From: Octopus bimaculoides
Lineage: Eukaryota
DNA: 49,765 nucleotides
NCBI RefSeq assembly: GCF_001194135.2
Contig: NC_068986.1
Span: forward strand, 42,871,092-42,920,856
Direction: 5' to 3'
The notes under the pieces were generated by a model. The model made no database searches. It saw nothing but the letters and a program-made list of their open reading frames with translations, and had not been told where the DNA came from. Positions 13,228-27,073 of the stretch are shown in pieces. Position 1 is the stretch's first letter. The number at the start of each line of letters is the position of its first letter. The translations under genes and the position numbers were made by a program.

Positions 13228-16200
13228 TGCATGTATGTATGTATGTATATAGAAAACAAATAATATGGGTGGCTTATTAACAATTTGACAAACTAAAGCC
13301 AAATTTGTAGACGTCACTACAGTAGTACCAGCGTGGCTAGAAATAAGAGTCAAAACAACTCAATAGTCACAGACGCACTATCTTAATAACCGACAAAGGA
13401 AATAAGCTCTGCATCAAAATTCGAAATCACCGGTGATCTGGTTATGTCCGCTAGGGAGCTTATATCCCTTGTCAGTCATTAGGTAGTGCATCTGTGGGTA
13501 TTGAGTTGCTTTGACTCTTATAACTAGCAACGCTGGTACTACTTAGTACCCTCTGTCACTACATATATATATNNNNNNNNNNNNNNNNNNNNNNNTATAT
13601 ATATGTATGTATTTATTTATGCGTATGTATCTTTGTGTCCATGTTCCGTGATTGTCCCCCCCCCACCACCACCATCGTTTGACAACCGATGTTATCGTGT
13701 TTACGTCCCAATAACCAATAGAATAAGTACTAGTCTTACAAAGAATAAATCCTGGTGTCGATTTCTTCAACTAAAACCCTTTAAAGCGGTGCTCCAGCAT
13801 AGCCGCAGTCAAATGAGAGAAACAAGTAAATGAATAAAAGAATATATTGTCAAAGTTATTGTGACTTTTAATGAATTGTGGTGAATTAGTTCACTGTATT
13901 CAGAATAATAATGATAAAAAAATTAAACTGACTTATGGGCCACATTAGTTAAAACCAATTAATACAAGCTCAAAAATGAGAAATTTAAATTGGTACCGAA
14001 TCGACCAACATGAGAGACAAACTATATTCCATCAAATAAATGTGAATAAAACTTGTAGCCGTAATGAATGTCCTCATAAATTAAAGCATTTGGATAAAAT
14101 AACAGGTACTGAAAAGATATTCAATTAGAATAGCAAAACCTTTTACAGCATTTTTTCTTAAAATATGCAAATGTTTTTATCGCAGTTTCTAAATCTATAT
14201 TTTCTTAAAACATTATTTTCTGCTAACAAATCGTCACTTCTGTCATGAACGACCTAAATATGACTCTTATAAGCATCCATTTACTAAAGCTTCTCTGCCT
14301 GTGTGGTCGCAGTTATATGCATCATAAGTTTTATTGTTAATGCAACCCACAGATTCGGTATGTCAACATATATCTAGTTATTGTTGAATCTAGCGCTTTT
14401 ATATCTTCAGCGAATAAATCTTTAGGATGATAATTTTAACTACATCCGTTAGCAGTGCAGTTTTCTCAGTATCTTGACTTATCCTTTAACCTTTGGCATA
14501 CTTATCTCAGTTTATTTTTATCTGACAAATTTCAATATAGATTTATTGACATGTACACTGCCTAAAACGTCATAAGAAACATTAATCATCACTAGAAAAC
14601 TAATCTTCTATTTGTGCTACAAGAGTCTCTACTTCATTTCGCATAACAAGATCAGAAGCAGATATTTCTGGAAGTTTTATAAGGAGCTTCGCAGATCCCC
14701 ATAATTACATACTTCATGGCTTTGGTACTTTCTACTCTGCACTACTATTTAGTTTCACATAATAGATTTGCAGGTAAAGGATTTGTCATTTTATAATTTC
14801 ATAACATCGTTCAGGAGAGGCAGAAAGCAAAACATATAAGCACTGGACAGTACCAACACAATGAAATGGATTTCCGGTAAATTCACCACTCTCTAATCAA
14901 CAGACTTAGACTATGACATTGACATGCCGATGCCCCACCTCCGATGATGAGGTGGGGCATCGGCATGTCAACACATTAGACTAGCTCGCGAGCAAATTGA
15001 ATATTTAAAAGATACGACCAAACCAATAGGAGCTGCTAGATTTTTATTAGTTAAAAAAAAATCAAGAACAAATGTTTGCAATACACTCTAGGATTTTATA
15101 AAATAAAATATCTTTCTTGTATCTCCTTCTCCACATGAATTCACAAAGATAAGTCAACCATGGCCAGGTACTTTCAATTTGTTGGGTGAGAGTTCCATCT
15201 GTTATGAAAAACAATTATAGAACAAGTGGTATTTACACTCCTTCTTCTCCACAGTGATGTCTAAAATACTCGCTTCTGATTGGCTAAATACCCAAATTTT
15301 GCAAATGTTAAAGGCTAATAACTTTTTAATTATGAATTCATAGGAACAATGAATTCCATTTTGATATTTTCATAATTAATATACAAAACTTAATCTATAT
15401 ACCAAATTTGAAAATAACTGGAACCAAATTGTAAACAGTTACGAAAACCACAAAGAACCCTGCTTTCCACTAACAAGTCTACTTCCATTCTCTCGTATTA
15501 TCCATGATCTGCGGTATACATAGAAGGCATGTAGTCAACAAAATGTGTTCCTCCCTTGAAATGTCTTCTACATTTGAAAGCACATTGTAAGTGAAAGCTG
15601 ATTCACACGACTTATACCAGCATATAGTCTAACAGAAGGTTGTAATATTTGGCTTCTTTAGCTCGGTTTAATATATTTTTCTGAACAGCGTTTCCCAGAA
15701 GATCAATATTTCATTCTAAACATTTTCCCACCATAATGAATGAATGTGATTACTTTAGACACGACCCGGCGTAAATGTTTGTTCATTGTCAGATCAAATT
15801 TTCCAAATAGCGAAAAATGTTCTACAAATGTCTGATGTAAAATTTAAATGATGTGTCTGAAGTTCCCCTGAAAGCCAAATTCTTTTTAGCTAAATAGAGT
15901 GATGTTTATTAAACATTCGTTTTTCCCTCGTGAATGCGCCACCTTATCAATTGTTTAATGGGTTTGCAATGAGAATGTCGTAAATCACATCTTAAAACAT
16001 TTAGAGGATGCATGCAATTCTCATGTAGCTGTAAATATCCACGAGCATTGTTCGAGTTATGTATTCCAAATTTTCTTTCAATGTTTTTTTCTTAAAAGCT
16101 AAAAAATTTGTACAAAACAATAAATTTAATTATCTCTTTCGGANNNNNNNNNNNNNNNNNNNNNNNNNNNNNNNNNNNNNNNNNNNNNNNNNNNNNNNNN

Positions 16201-18477
16201 NNNNNNNNNNNNNNNNNNNNNNNNNNNNNNNNNNNNNNNNNNNNNNNNNNNNNNNNNNNNNNNNNNNNNNNNNNNNNNNNNNNNNNNNNNNNNNNNNNNN
16301 NNNNNNNNNNNNNNNNNNNNNNNNNNNNNNNNNNNNNNNNNNNNNNNNNNNNNNNNNNNNNNNNNNNNNNNNNNNNNNNNNNGTATCTAGCAGCGATAAT
16401 TCATCCGACCAGTGTGCTGGATCAAAGTCGTTCACATAGTTAACATTAGTTTTGGGGAGGCTTTTAAATTTCCTTTCCAAATTCTCAGAATTTCCAACTA
16501 TGACATTGATTACTCACGTCCGAAGTCTACCGTGTTCTTTTCACTTATACATGAAATCACATTTTCTTCAGAACGTACAATATTTTCAGTCAGTTTAATA
16601 AAGAAAAAAAAACAGAAATGATAAATCTAAAGAGATAAATGTTGCTAAAAAAACAAACATGTTGATGTCCTGCATTGATTCCAAGTCAGTTTGATCCGTT
16701 ATAGAATGATATGATATCATAAATGTTAATGTAATCACGTAAGTAACTGTTCTTACTATTAGTCTTGGAATTAAGAAAGTATTATAGCGTTGGGTATCTC
16801 ATGGTTGCTGTTGCTAAAAAAAAGGAAGGGATTTTTACAAGTATTTGTGACTCTATAGTTTTTATACCTATCTTTTTTCTGTTCTGACTAGTGATTACTT
16901 TCCACAGTTATTCGGAATACTTGCAAGAAAAAGTTTTTTACTGAATTTCATTTTGAAATCTTTCCTGCTTTCACTACTACTGTTCGAGAGGTTTCAACAT
17001 ACGGAAATTGAAACATCTGAGTACACTTTGTGTTGTATCTGTTGCATCATTTTTACCTGTGAACTGTTGTGTAAAACTAGATAGGAGTGCAGATTAGAAA
17101 TCGTCAAAGCCGATAAAATTTTAATATGCAGATGTTTTTCACATTGGTTTCAAAGTCGTTCCTTATGAATAAGTAGCGACTCTAAATGAGTACTATTTTA
17201 TAGAAATAAAAAAAATTATACGTGGTAAAATATCATTCGAAATTCAATAGAAGGACACAAAATTTATGCCATAACAAAGTTGAGCCGGTAAATACGTGTA
17301 GTATTTTCAAGAGAAACATTACATAGTATTTTCAAGGGAAACACCACTGACACAGAAACAAAATTTACGTTAATATATTTATAAAAATATGAATAAGCAA
17401 ACATTTTTAAATGATAACTAGATGAATACAAGGGAAAATTGTATTTTATCCTCAGTGTTATTGGCAAGACTGAGTTACAAGCATAGTTTAGAGTTCCAAA
17501 TCTTACTCTAGTTTTTAATATTAAGTTTTGCGACATTTCATACTATGAAAAGCATTTACAAATTAAGTGGGAAATCAATATGTTTTAAATTTGCTCGATT
17601 TGCTTTTAGTAAAAACAAGTTGTTTTCTATTTTTAAGTTTAAACAAACATACAAACGCAAATGCTTTTTTATGTGAATGAAATTCACTTCACTTTTAAAG
17701 AACTCTAATATTTCAATCAGCAAATAAACAGACTTGGAATCTTTACACTCATTTAATTTCGGCCATTACATAAAAATTACAAAAGTTCTTAAATCAATCT
17801 GTAAATTTAGCTAATATCAATTTTTCGGATCTATTTTATCTTTAGATATGAGGAGGAAAGAAACACATTGGCATTAAATACATAAGTTTCTTTTATTTTG
17901 TAACCGGTAAGTTCTATTCTATTAGGATGCGTTTACATAGAGGACAAATGCATGCATCATCTGCTTGCATCAGTTCCTAGTTCTAATCCTTTCTGAGATC
18001 TTGTAATACCCTAGACTAGTTATACGAGGGCGTGTTGAAAAGTTTCTAGCTTTGGGTAAAAGAAAATACAGGAGGGTCAGTTAATTACGATTTTATTGAA
18101 CATATTCTCTTCTCAAATTCACACACTTATTGCAGCGGTCCTTCAGGTTTTCTAAGCGCATTATAAAAGCTCGGAAGATTGGGCTTCAACAAGGCTTTTC
18201 GCAACACCCTTAAAACCAGGAACTTTTCAGCATCCCCTTGTAGTATTTGCTGAGGATCAGAGATGAAGTCGATAGAAATGTCGAAGTAAAAATTTTAATA
18301 TTTTGAGATAAAAATTCCGTAAAATTACAATCTAAACTTCGAGAGCATTTAAAAGTTTAATGATTAAAAGAATAAATTCAACATATTATTTGAATTTATA
18401 TCGAATTAACATCCGTTTAATCTATATAATGATGTCTTATCTCTTAAGTGTATCAATTTGTTTCAGATTAAATCATA

Positions 18478-18511
<34 letters not shown>

Positions 18512-18711
18512 TTTAATCAAAAGATTAAATGTGGTANNNNNNNNNNNNNNNNNNNNNNNNNNNNNNNNNNNNNNNNNNNNNNNNNNNNNNNNNNNNNNNN
18601 NNNNNNNNNNNNNNNNNNNNNNNNNNNNNNNNNNNNNNNNNNNNNNNNNNNNNNNNNNNNNNNNNNNNNNNNNNNNNNNNNNNNNNNNNNNNNNNNNNNN
18701 NNNNNNNNNNN

Positions 18712-18751
<40 letters not shown>

Positions 18752-20753
18752 CATTATATAAATCATAATATATATATATATATATATATATCATAGTTTC
18801 ATTTAAATTTCTATGTATAAATCTTTTGTTGGGAAAGTATTTGCTTAGCGTTATATACAAGATTCTAAATAATTTTATGCGTATTCATTTTAAGCAAATA
18901 ACATGAGTATTTCGCCAAAACTCATTAGACATAAGCGAAATTATTCGCACATCTGATGTTTTACTAATATTTAAGCTGAAATTTCGTCTTTTACAGCTCC
19001 AAAAGCGAAGTGGGGACCTACGATTCTCAACGACTTCATACTTGTTAATCCGTCCCCGCCAATGCTTGGTCACAGTGTTCGACTTGAATGTTTCGCAGTG
19101 GGGTCTCAAACAAATGCGTATGTATTATAATTTGCGATCGTTTAAAAAGTTTTAAATTTTTGTTTTCGTTTTATCATTCGTACAACGTATAATAGATTTT
19201 AATTTTATAATTTGTGAATAATTAGTATAAAATTCTTAAATAACAAACGGCAGGGCCAAATTTTCAAATGTAATAAACGTATGATTTCTAAGAAGTAATC
19301 TTATCCATTGAAAATTTAAATTTAGTACTTAGGTTAGACGTCATATTAAAATATACATTTCTTTATATCATGATACATGTTATTGGATAACATGTTTAAA
19401 TAATAACATGTATCAATTTACATGGATAATTGAAACAGTATTTCAATTATTTTAACGTAAATTAGAAGCATCCATTTATGAATTATTGATCTTCGTTTAC
19501 AATGTGATAATTACATAACATTATAAAATCTTTACATTTATGACAAGGTTAATGGTTGGATTGGAAAATAAAGCTTTTTGATTAAAAGTCTAATTTAATT
19601 TATTCACCAGACGTTCTGATTTCGATTTCCATTGAAATCAGTTATTGCTTTTTTGTTTCATTAGTTTTAATAATATATGAACCAGATATATGCTATAAGC
19701 ATTTCGGTTAATTAACTAAACACTGGCGTTGTGACCTGTTAGGAAAATTATCAAAAGTAAGAAAATATTTAGAAATTTAAAACACAAATTATATTTAGAA
19801 ATTTTTTTTCTTTTATACAGTGAGCCAATGACATATGACTGGACGAAAAAAGATGGTGAACTGGGAAACAATATTAAATTTTCGGACTTGAACAGAGTTT
19901 TGACAATAGAAAATTCCCGATTTGAAAATGAAGGTATATACCGCTGTGTTGTTATGCGAGGTAAATCAGGAAGAGATGAAAAAGATTTTGCACTATTACT
20001 TTCTGGTAAGTAAAATAATTCATTTTAAACTATTTTATCTCCTTCTTTACGACAGTCTGAGATGGGTCTCTAATATTTTGTTACATTTTATCGTTATCTC
20101 TTTCCTATCTAGACTTAGCACCGTATGAGATATTAATTACCGTTTTAGGTTAAAATACACATTAGTTGAACATTTTTAGTGCTAAGTGTATGCTGTTTGA
20201 TTTAGTATACTTCATGTTTATAAAAGAAATTATGTTCAACATTCACAGACAATTTAGCTGTGAACGAAAAGCGCGTGTTCATACCTCATACCCACCTTAT
20301 ATACAAGTGGGGCAACATAGTTCAGATTTAGTATGAATGTTATACTGTTAATATTTCCACCAAAAAATATAACCAGTTAGAAAATTCAAGAAGACTGCAA
20401 ATTCTGAGAGAAGCGATAGTTTTATGCCGTAAGAAAGAAGAATGGAAATGGATACATTCAAAAGGGAACATAACACCCCCGATGTGGTATGTCGGTGAGT
20501 GAATATCTGCATATCAGCTAGACCTGGATTTTTTTTTTACCTAAAAGTACAGATTTCATAATGTTACGTGTATACTGTGTGAAGTGCGTGTATCTTTGTA
20601 GTGCCACTACCTTCCTAAATATGTAACAACAGTGCACAATTGTACTCTCTTGTACTATTGAATTCGAAAATGAGCTTATGTAGTCTTGTATTTGATGATT
20701 TTAGACGTTCTGTACGGTTCAGGAAAAAACTATGGTATTATGTATTTCCTTTA

Positions 20754-20808
<55 letters not shown>

Positions 20809-23800
20809 ATATANNNNNNNNNNNNNNNNNNNNNNNNNNNNNNNNNNNNNNTATATATATATATATATTGAGTATGATTTGTTCTGTTGGATGCGACTGC
20901 ATCGTGTTGAAAATCGCGATTGTTGTGAAGCGAACTCCAGCCCTGACAGTGCAGTTTCGTGATACACAGACTATCGGTTGAACAACTAAGCGTGGTTCAC
21001 AGTTACGTTGTGTCTCTATCTCGCAGAAATCCATACACCACAGTGTGGACGACACTTCTGTTCGAATGGTTACAAAGGAGTAAAGAATCTATTGTTTGCA
21101 TTCAAATGAATGCAATTAGTTATACTAATATATATCTTTGATGTAAAGAAGACACGTAAATAAAATTGGTAGCCTACTAGAGCTGATACAATGTATGAGA
21201 GAGAAAAAGAAACTAACGTACAAACTATGGGATAATCTTCAATAAATCTTGCAGCCAAAAAGTGTAAAAATCTTTGCATTGAAACACAGTAAAACTCTTT
21301 ATAGATATCAAAGAAGAAAAAGATTGTTATCGGCAACGTAGCTGAGGGTGACTATTGAAAATCACCGGGAGCCTGTGAGGACGTTTAAATATTAATGTCG
21401 TTATACATGAACGTTTTTTCTCTATATATCATAGCGCCAGTGATAAGTAGGTTATTGAAGAGATAAAAAGGAAGCATCCCTCAATGATTGCAAGCATTGC
21501 TGTTTACAAGTTTTATAAGTTTGAGTAGCCTAATAAGAATGGAAACCTCTCACGGAAAAGTGAAATCTAGTAGAAGAAACACAAGTAATACACTTCGTTT
21601 TTCTGACTGAAGAATGAAAAGATTTGTGCTCATTAAGCAATTGTAGGCATGTTGGGGCTATCTCTGTACCAGAGGCAATATTCTATGTGTATGACAAATA
21701 GAACTGTAAAGAAAAGGGTGATAAATCTTTTTCAGATGAGGGAAGATTCATTATTTACAGACACATCCTTCCTCGTGAGAATTGAGAATAGAAAATCTCT
21801 ACAGAAATGGTAGTGATAACTTTGAAAAGTCACTCATCAACACTTTGGAAGATAAAAGTGGTTGTGGCGTGGTCGTTGAAATACCAATATTTATTTTTCG
21901 CTGAATGTCTTATATGAATTAAGATTGTATATGGCTGTCTCACAATTGGTAAAAACGAGTGAATTCCTCGTCCAAATACAACTTGCGAGCCATTTTTAAT
22001 GTTGTTCATTCATTTCAAGGTGGGTGATTGTGTAATAAGTGACAATGTAAACTTTTATTTTAAATGTAATAAAATATATTCATGTATGTATCGGAAGTTA
22101 AAGTGATGTTCAGGAGCACAGGGACTCGAGTGCGGGAATTCAAAGATGGTAAAAATACTTGGTTTCACTTCCAGCATGAAAGCATGAAGTGTAGTTAAAA
22201 GAGTTAACAGGAATGATGATCTAGAATGATGAGTGGTAATAAAATGTTTCCTATACAGGATTAGATTTAATCGATCTTTCGTGAATTACTGCGCGTTACT
22301 TTGGAGGTATATACCAAATACATTTTAATTGGGGGTTTTTTCGGTTTTAAATTTATTGAGTATGTTAAATAGATGAGAGTGTTATAAATATTTCTCATAG
22401 TTATACAGTCTCACCGGGAATAGTAAAAGAAGGGATCGACTGTACGATTATTTCGAGTGTCTTTCTACTATCAATGACAACCACTTACCCTACATTAACT
22501 GCCACAGTTAAATTGTATTTAAAACCACTGTTGATAGGCTTATAACTAAGTCACGTTTTCTGATCCACACATAACACGCACATACAGACTGTTAGTTCAT
22601 TTTATGTAGGATTGTTAGAAATTAGAAGAATTATGGAAACGATAAACACATCAAATGAAGAGTAATTGATAGTCTTTGTTAATAATATTTAGACGATAAA
22701 TATGAATTTAAGAGAGAATATAATCAAATTAAGAGCAAATAACAAGACAGTTCGGAAAGGAAGTTATATTAGAAACTGTTATTCATTGAAATATAAACCA
22801 CTTGACTTACATTAATTGTTTCACTCTCAACAATTTTATAACTTTATTAGCTCGTACCACTGTTGCTTACTATTTATATATCAGTGACACATTCTCTGAA
22901 TGCTGGGAAAGGTAAAACAACTGGAGCTTATTAAACACTAAAATTGTGCATTTGCTTACTATGTGCAGTATGTTTTCAATAATTACCATTGCTAAAGCAA
23001 CCTTGTTCTCTATACAGTTTGATACAAACATAAATCACTTAGCATGAACAGATTCACTGCTGTTCAGCTGTAAGAATTTAATCGAAATATTTTCAGTAGT
23101 AATTCTCTACATATGAAATAGTTTGAAACACAATATTTTTCATAAGTCTTCTCATAAGAATTAACTTTTTGTCTAACACACAGAGCCTAAGGACAAATAT
23201 TATATATATGCTAGGGATATTCAAATATCTAAATTGATACAAAATGTTTTCTCATTTTAAATCCATAGGAATTTACTTGAAGTTTGTCACTTTTACTATG
23301 AATTTTAATTAACTTCCCAAATGCTGAGTAAATCAATTTCTAAGCCATATGGTTAAGATATAGTTTTGCTATACATACACATCCTACATAATATTTTACT
23401 ACATATAACATATGATCAGAGATCTGACCACAGGAGATCTGCTACTAATAGTCTTATATCAGTACTATGTGTGCACGTTCTGGCTGTCAACGACTAATCA
23501 GGAATGCCAGCGTATTTATCTAATAGGAATGGAATTTTTGAACACTACATAGGATAAAAAGAAACTACCATAAAAGAGTGGATGAACGCAAGAAAATTGA
23601 AGATCGTTCATTGCCAACTATAAGTTCAATAAAATCACCCCACACCAGCGGAGAAGCGTCGCAATGTGGATGGTTATATGCCAGCAACTACAGTTGTCGA
23701 ATCATTGTCTTGATCTGTTCCTACAACGCTGTATATACTACATCTCACTGCGAAAATGTTATTAGTAATGTAAAAATAGTTAAAACTTTTTAAACTTTGA

Positions 23801-24647
23801 AAAACTTTTGCGAGCAACGCTATAAAATAATGTTCATAAATGTAAACTATAACGGATCAACATCCGTTTGGGATACCAAGGATCTTGCCGAATGTTTCCA
23901 AAATCGAGCAGCAGAGAGAAATATTCAATCAAACAAAATATCATGAATTTTCTGGGCCAATGAAGTGCTAGAATATTGCAAACCTGGGGAGAAGTTGGGC
24001 GATCAGAGAGATGCACTGCTCTTAGAGTCGATATAGCTAATATTTAGGACCCTTACACGGGTTATAGGAATGGATGCGATGCATTATGAAGGATTTTTCG
24101 ACACGCTTCTTTCGGAGAGATCCGCGCAAGTATATTGCTCAACAGACTGAATGAGAAAGCTTCAGTAGTTCGATTTGAAACTGAATGTGGGCTTAGAAGA
24201 GGTAAATGCGCCATAGATAAAAAGTGATTTGTCTCTGGCAGATTCCAGAAAAACTTAATGAAACAGAACAGAAATCTGCATGGAATCTTTGTTAGGTCAC
24301 TCAACACAGTCAGCCGGTCAAGGTTATGGTAGATGATCAAAAGGTTGGATATCAAGAAAAATCACACGTCTGTATTATGCACGGGTATAAACAATCATAA
24401 TATCTGTGAGACTACACAAATGGATTCCCTTGTAATTCTCAGGCCAATTCAACGAATTATATTAAGCGACAAGACTGCATTTCTTACAGATATAACCCAT
24501 CCAACGAGCTTTCGCACATGTTCTGCCTCTCAAGGTTTACTCGCAAGTTTTACATCGTCTCGGATAGATAATGCCATGAGGTACGCAGGATTCCATGATG
24601 AACAAGCATCATGGATACCCCACCACGTACAAATACGAACACACGCA

Positions 24648-24695
<48 letters not shown>

Positions 24696-27037
24696 AGTTC
24701 CAAGAGAAATGTGTGAAATTGAAAAAGGACAATGCTTTTAATGTAGCCTTCGTTAGCATTACGAAAATATATTAAACCGATCGGACCAGTGAAAGTATTC
24801 AGACAGTTTGGATGTTGAGAAAAGATGTTCACTCGTATGATGAAGTACTTACACGCTGGGGTGAGAGCTCTGTCCACGTAGATCAACACCATTTCTGCCC
24901 AGTTTGATGTAACCAGTGGTATGTCATAGCACCAACGTTATTTTCCATTTTTTGATAGCAATACTCGACGAAATATTCCGCGATTCAACCAATGGTGTAT
25001 ACATACAGGCAATGGATGATAATAACTTATTCACGATTTCGCGCTTCAAAACTAAAGTAAGAAATATTGTAATGATGGATATGTTGCTTCATGATGATTA
25101 AGCCCTTGAATCCCATCAATAAGGTAGAAGACATGGGAGCTTGGTGAACGCTTTTGTTTTTAATGCAGCCACAAAGACTATTTATAAATGACCGAAAGAT
25201 TGAAGAATATCATCACCCAAGTCCTGATTCGAGCCATANNNNNNNNNNNNNNNNNNNNNNNNNNNNNNNNNNNNNNNNNNNNNNNNNNNNNNNNNNNNNN
25301 NNNNNNNNNNNNNNNNNNNNNNNNNNNNNNNNNNNNNNNNNNNNNNNNNNNNNNNNNNNNNNNNNNNNNNNNNNNNNNNNNNNNNNNNNNNNNNNNNNNN
25401 NNNNNNNNNNNNNNNNNNNNNNNNNNNNNNNNNNNNNNNNNNNNNNNNNNNNNNNNNNNNNNNNNNNNNNNNNNNNNNNNNNNNNNNNNNNNNNNNNNNN
25501 NNNNNNNNNNNNNNNNNNNNNNNNNNNNNNNNNNNNNNNNNNNNNNNNNNNNNNNNNNNNNNNNNNNNNNNNNNNNNNNNNNNNNNNNNNNNNNNNNNNN
25601 NNNNNNNNNNNNNNNNNNNNNNNNNNNNNNNNNNNNNNNNNNNNNNNNNNNNNNNNNNNNNNNNNNNNNNNNNNNNNNNNNNNNNNNNNNNNNNNNNNNN
25701 NNNNNNNNNNNNNNNNNNNNNNNNNNNNNNNNNNNNNNNNNNNNNNNNNNNNNNNNNNNNNNNNNNNNNNNNNNNNNNNNNNNNNNNNNNNNNNNNNNNN
25801 NNNNNNNNNNNNNNNNNNNNNNNNNNNNNNNNNNNNNNNNNNNNNNNNNNNNNNNNNNNNNNNNNNNNNNNNNNNNNNNNNNNNNNNNNNNNNNNNNNNN
25901 NNNNNNNNNNNNNNNNNNNNNNNNNNNNNNNATATTAGAAGATTTGGAGATGATGTACTGGAATGATATATTAGAAAAAATAAGGTATTCAGAGATCTGG
26001 ATGGTTGTACATTTACAGATTTTTATTAATATGTCACATGTTTTTATAAATCATATATGAGCGCTTGCATCTACTCTAGTAGAATCTTCAGATTAAAATT
26101 TTTTGAGGGGATTCGTCTCTTTTTATAGTATTATTGAGTGTGTAGGGGTGGAGAAAGATATATAGGATAATAGAAGAGGGTAAGGAATGGGGAGAAACTG
26201 AGAATGTGTGTATGTGTTTTTGTGTGTGCGCATGTGTGTGTATGTGCCTGTGTATCTGAAAGGAGTGGCAATGGAAAGAGAAGGAAACAAAGAAAGAAGA
26301 GAGAAAGAAGAAAAAATCGTGTTTAGATTGCATAAAAAACAGTAAATGCCAAGAGAAAAACCCGAAGAAACACCTAACAAGAGCAAAATTCTCATCAGAG
26401 AATAAAACCGAATTCTTTGTAAAAGAATGTGGAGATGGTAGATGTGGGATCTGCAATAACTCCATCTACAAATATATAGAGGAAAACAACCAAATAAAAT
26501 TTGAGAGTAGTCACACATTCAAAGTAAATGCAGACATGAATTCTAAAACGCGGAACGTAATATACTGCATAACCTGTCCCACATGCAAGGAGTATTATAT
26601 AGGCGAAACTGGAAATTCTTTATGCCAACAAGCCAGAATTCACCGACAACATGTCCGACAGGAGGAACTGTGAAAGATTCTACTGAGTAAACAGTTAGAA
26701 GCATGTGAAGTAGGAAAATTTAAGATCTTTCCCTTCTATAAATGCCCAAAGAATGACACCTCCTTCAGAAAAAAATATGGAACAATACTTCATAACAAAG
26801 TTCTCCCCCAAACTGAATGGCTGAAAATATGAAAATCACAGCCCATCTAGAACTATCAATTTAGTCTGTATAATAATGTCCTCACAATGTACAAGAAATT
26901 GTATGCATATCTGTTTCATTGAGCTCCTTCACACGACACTTTCCCTTGTACATTATTGCCCATCCTAATATCTTCATTCTTGTAAAGAATTGTTCCTTAT
27001 CTTCATTCCTCTTGAAAACAAATTATACATATATATA

Positions 27038-27073
<36 letters not shown>

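Noticed and set aside
21500-21900. Possible Tc1 remnant (FSDEGRF at about 21730-21750)
   Set aside because: One short motif with no convincing collinear support.
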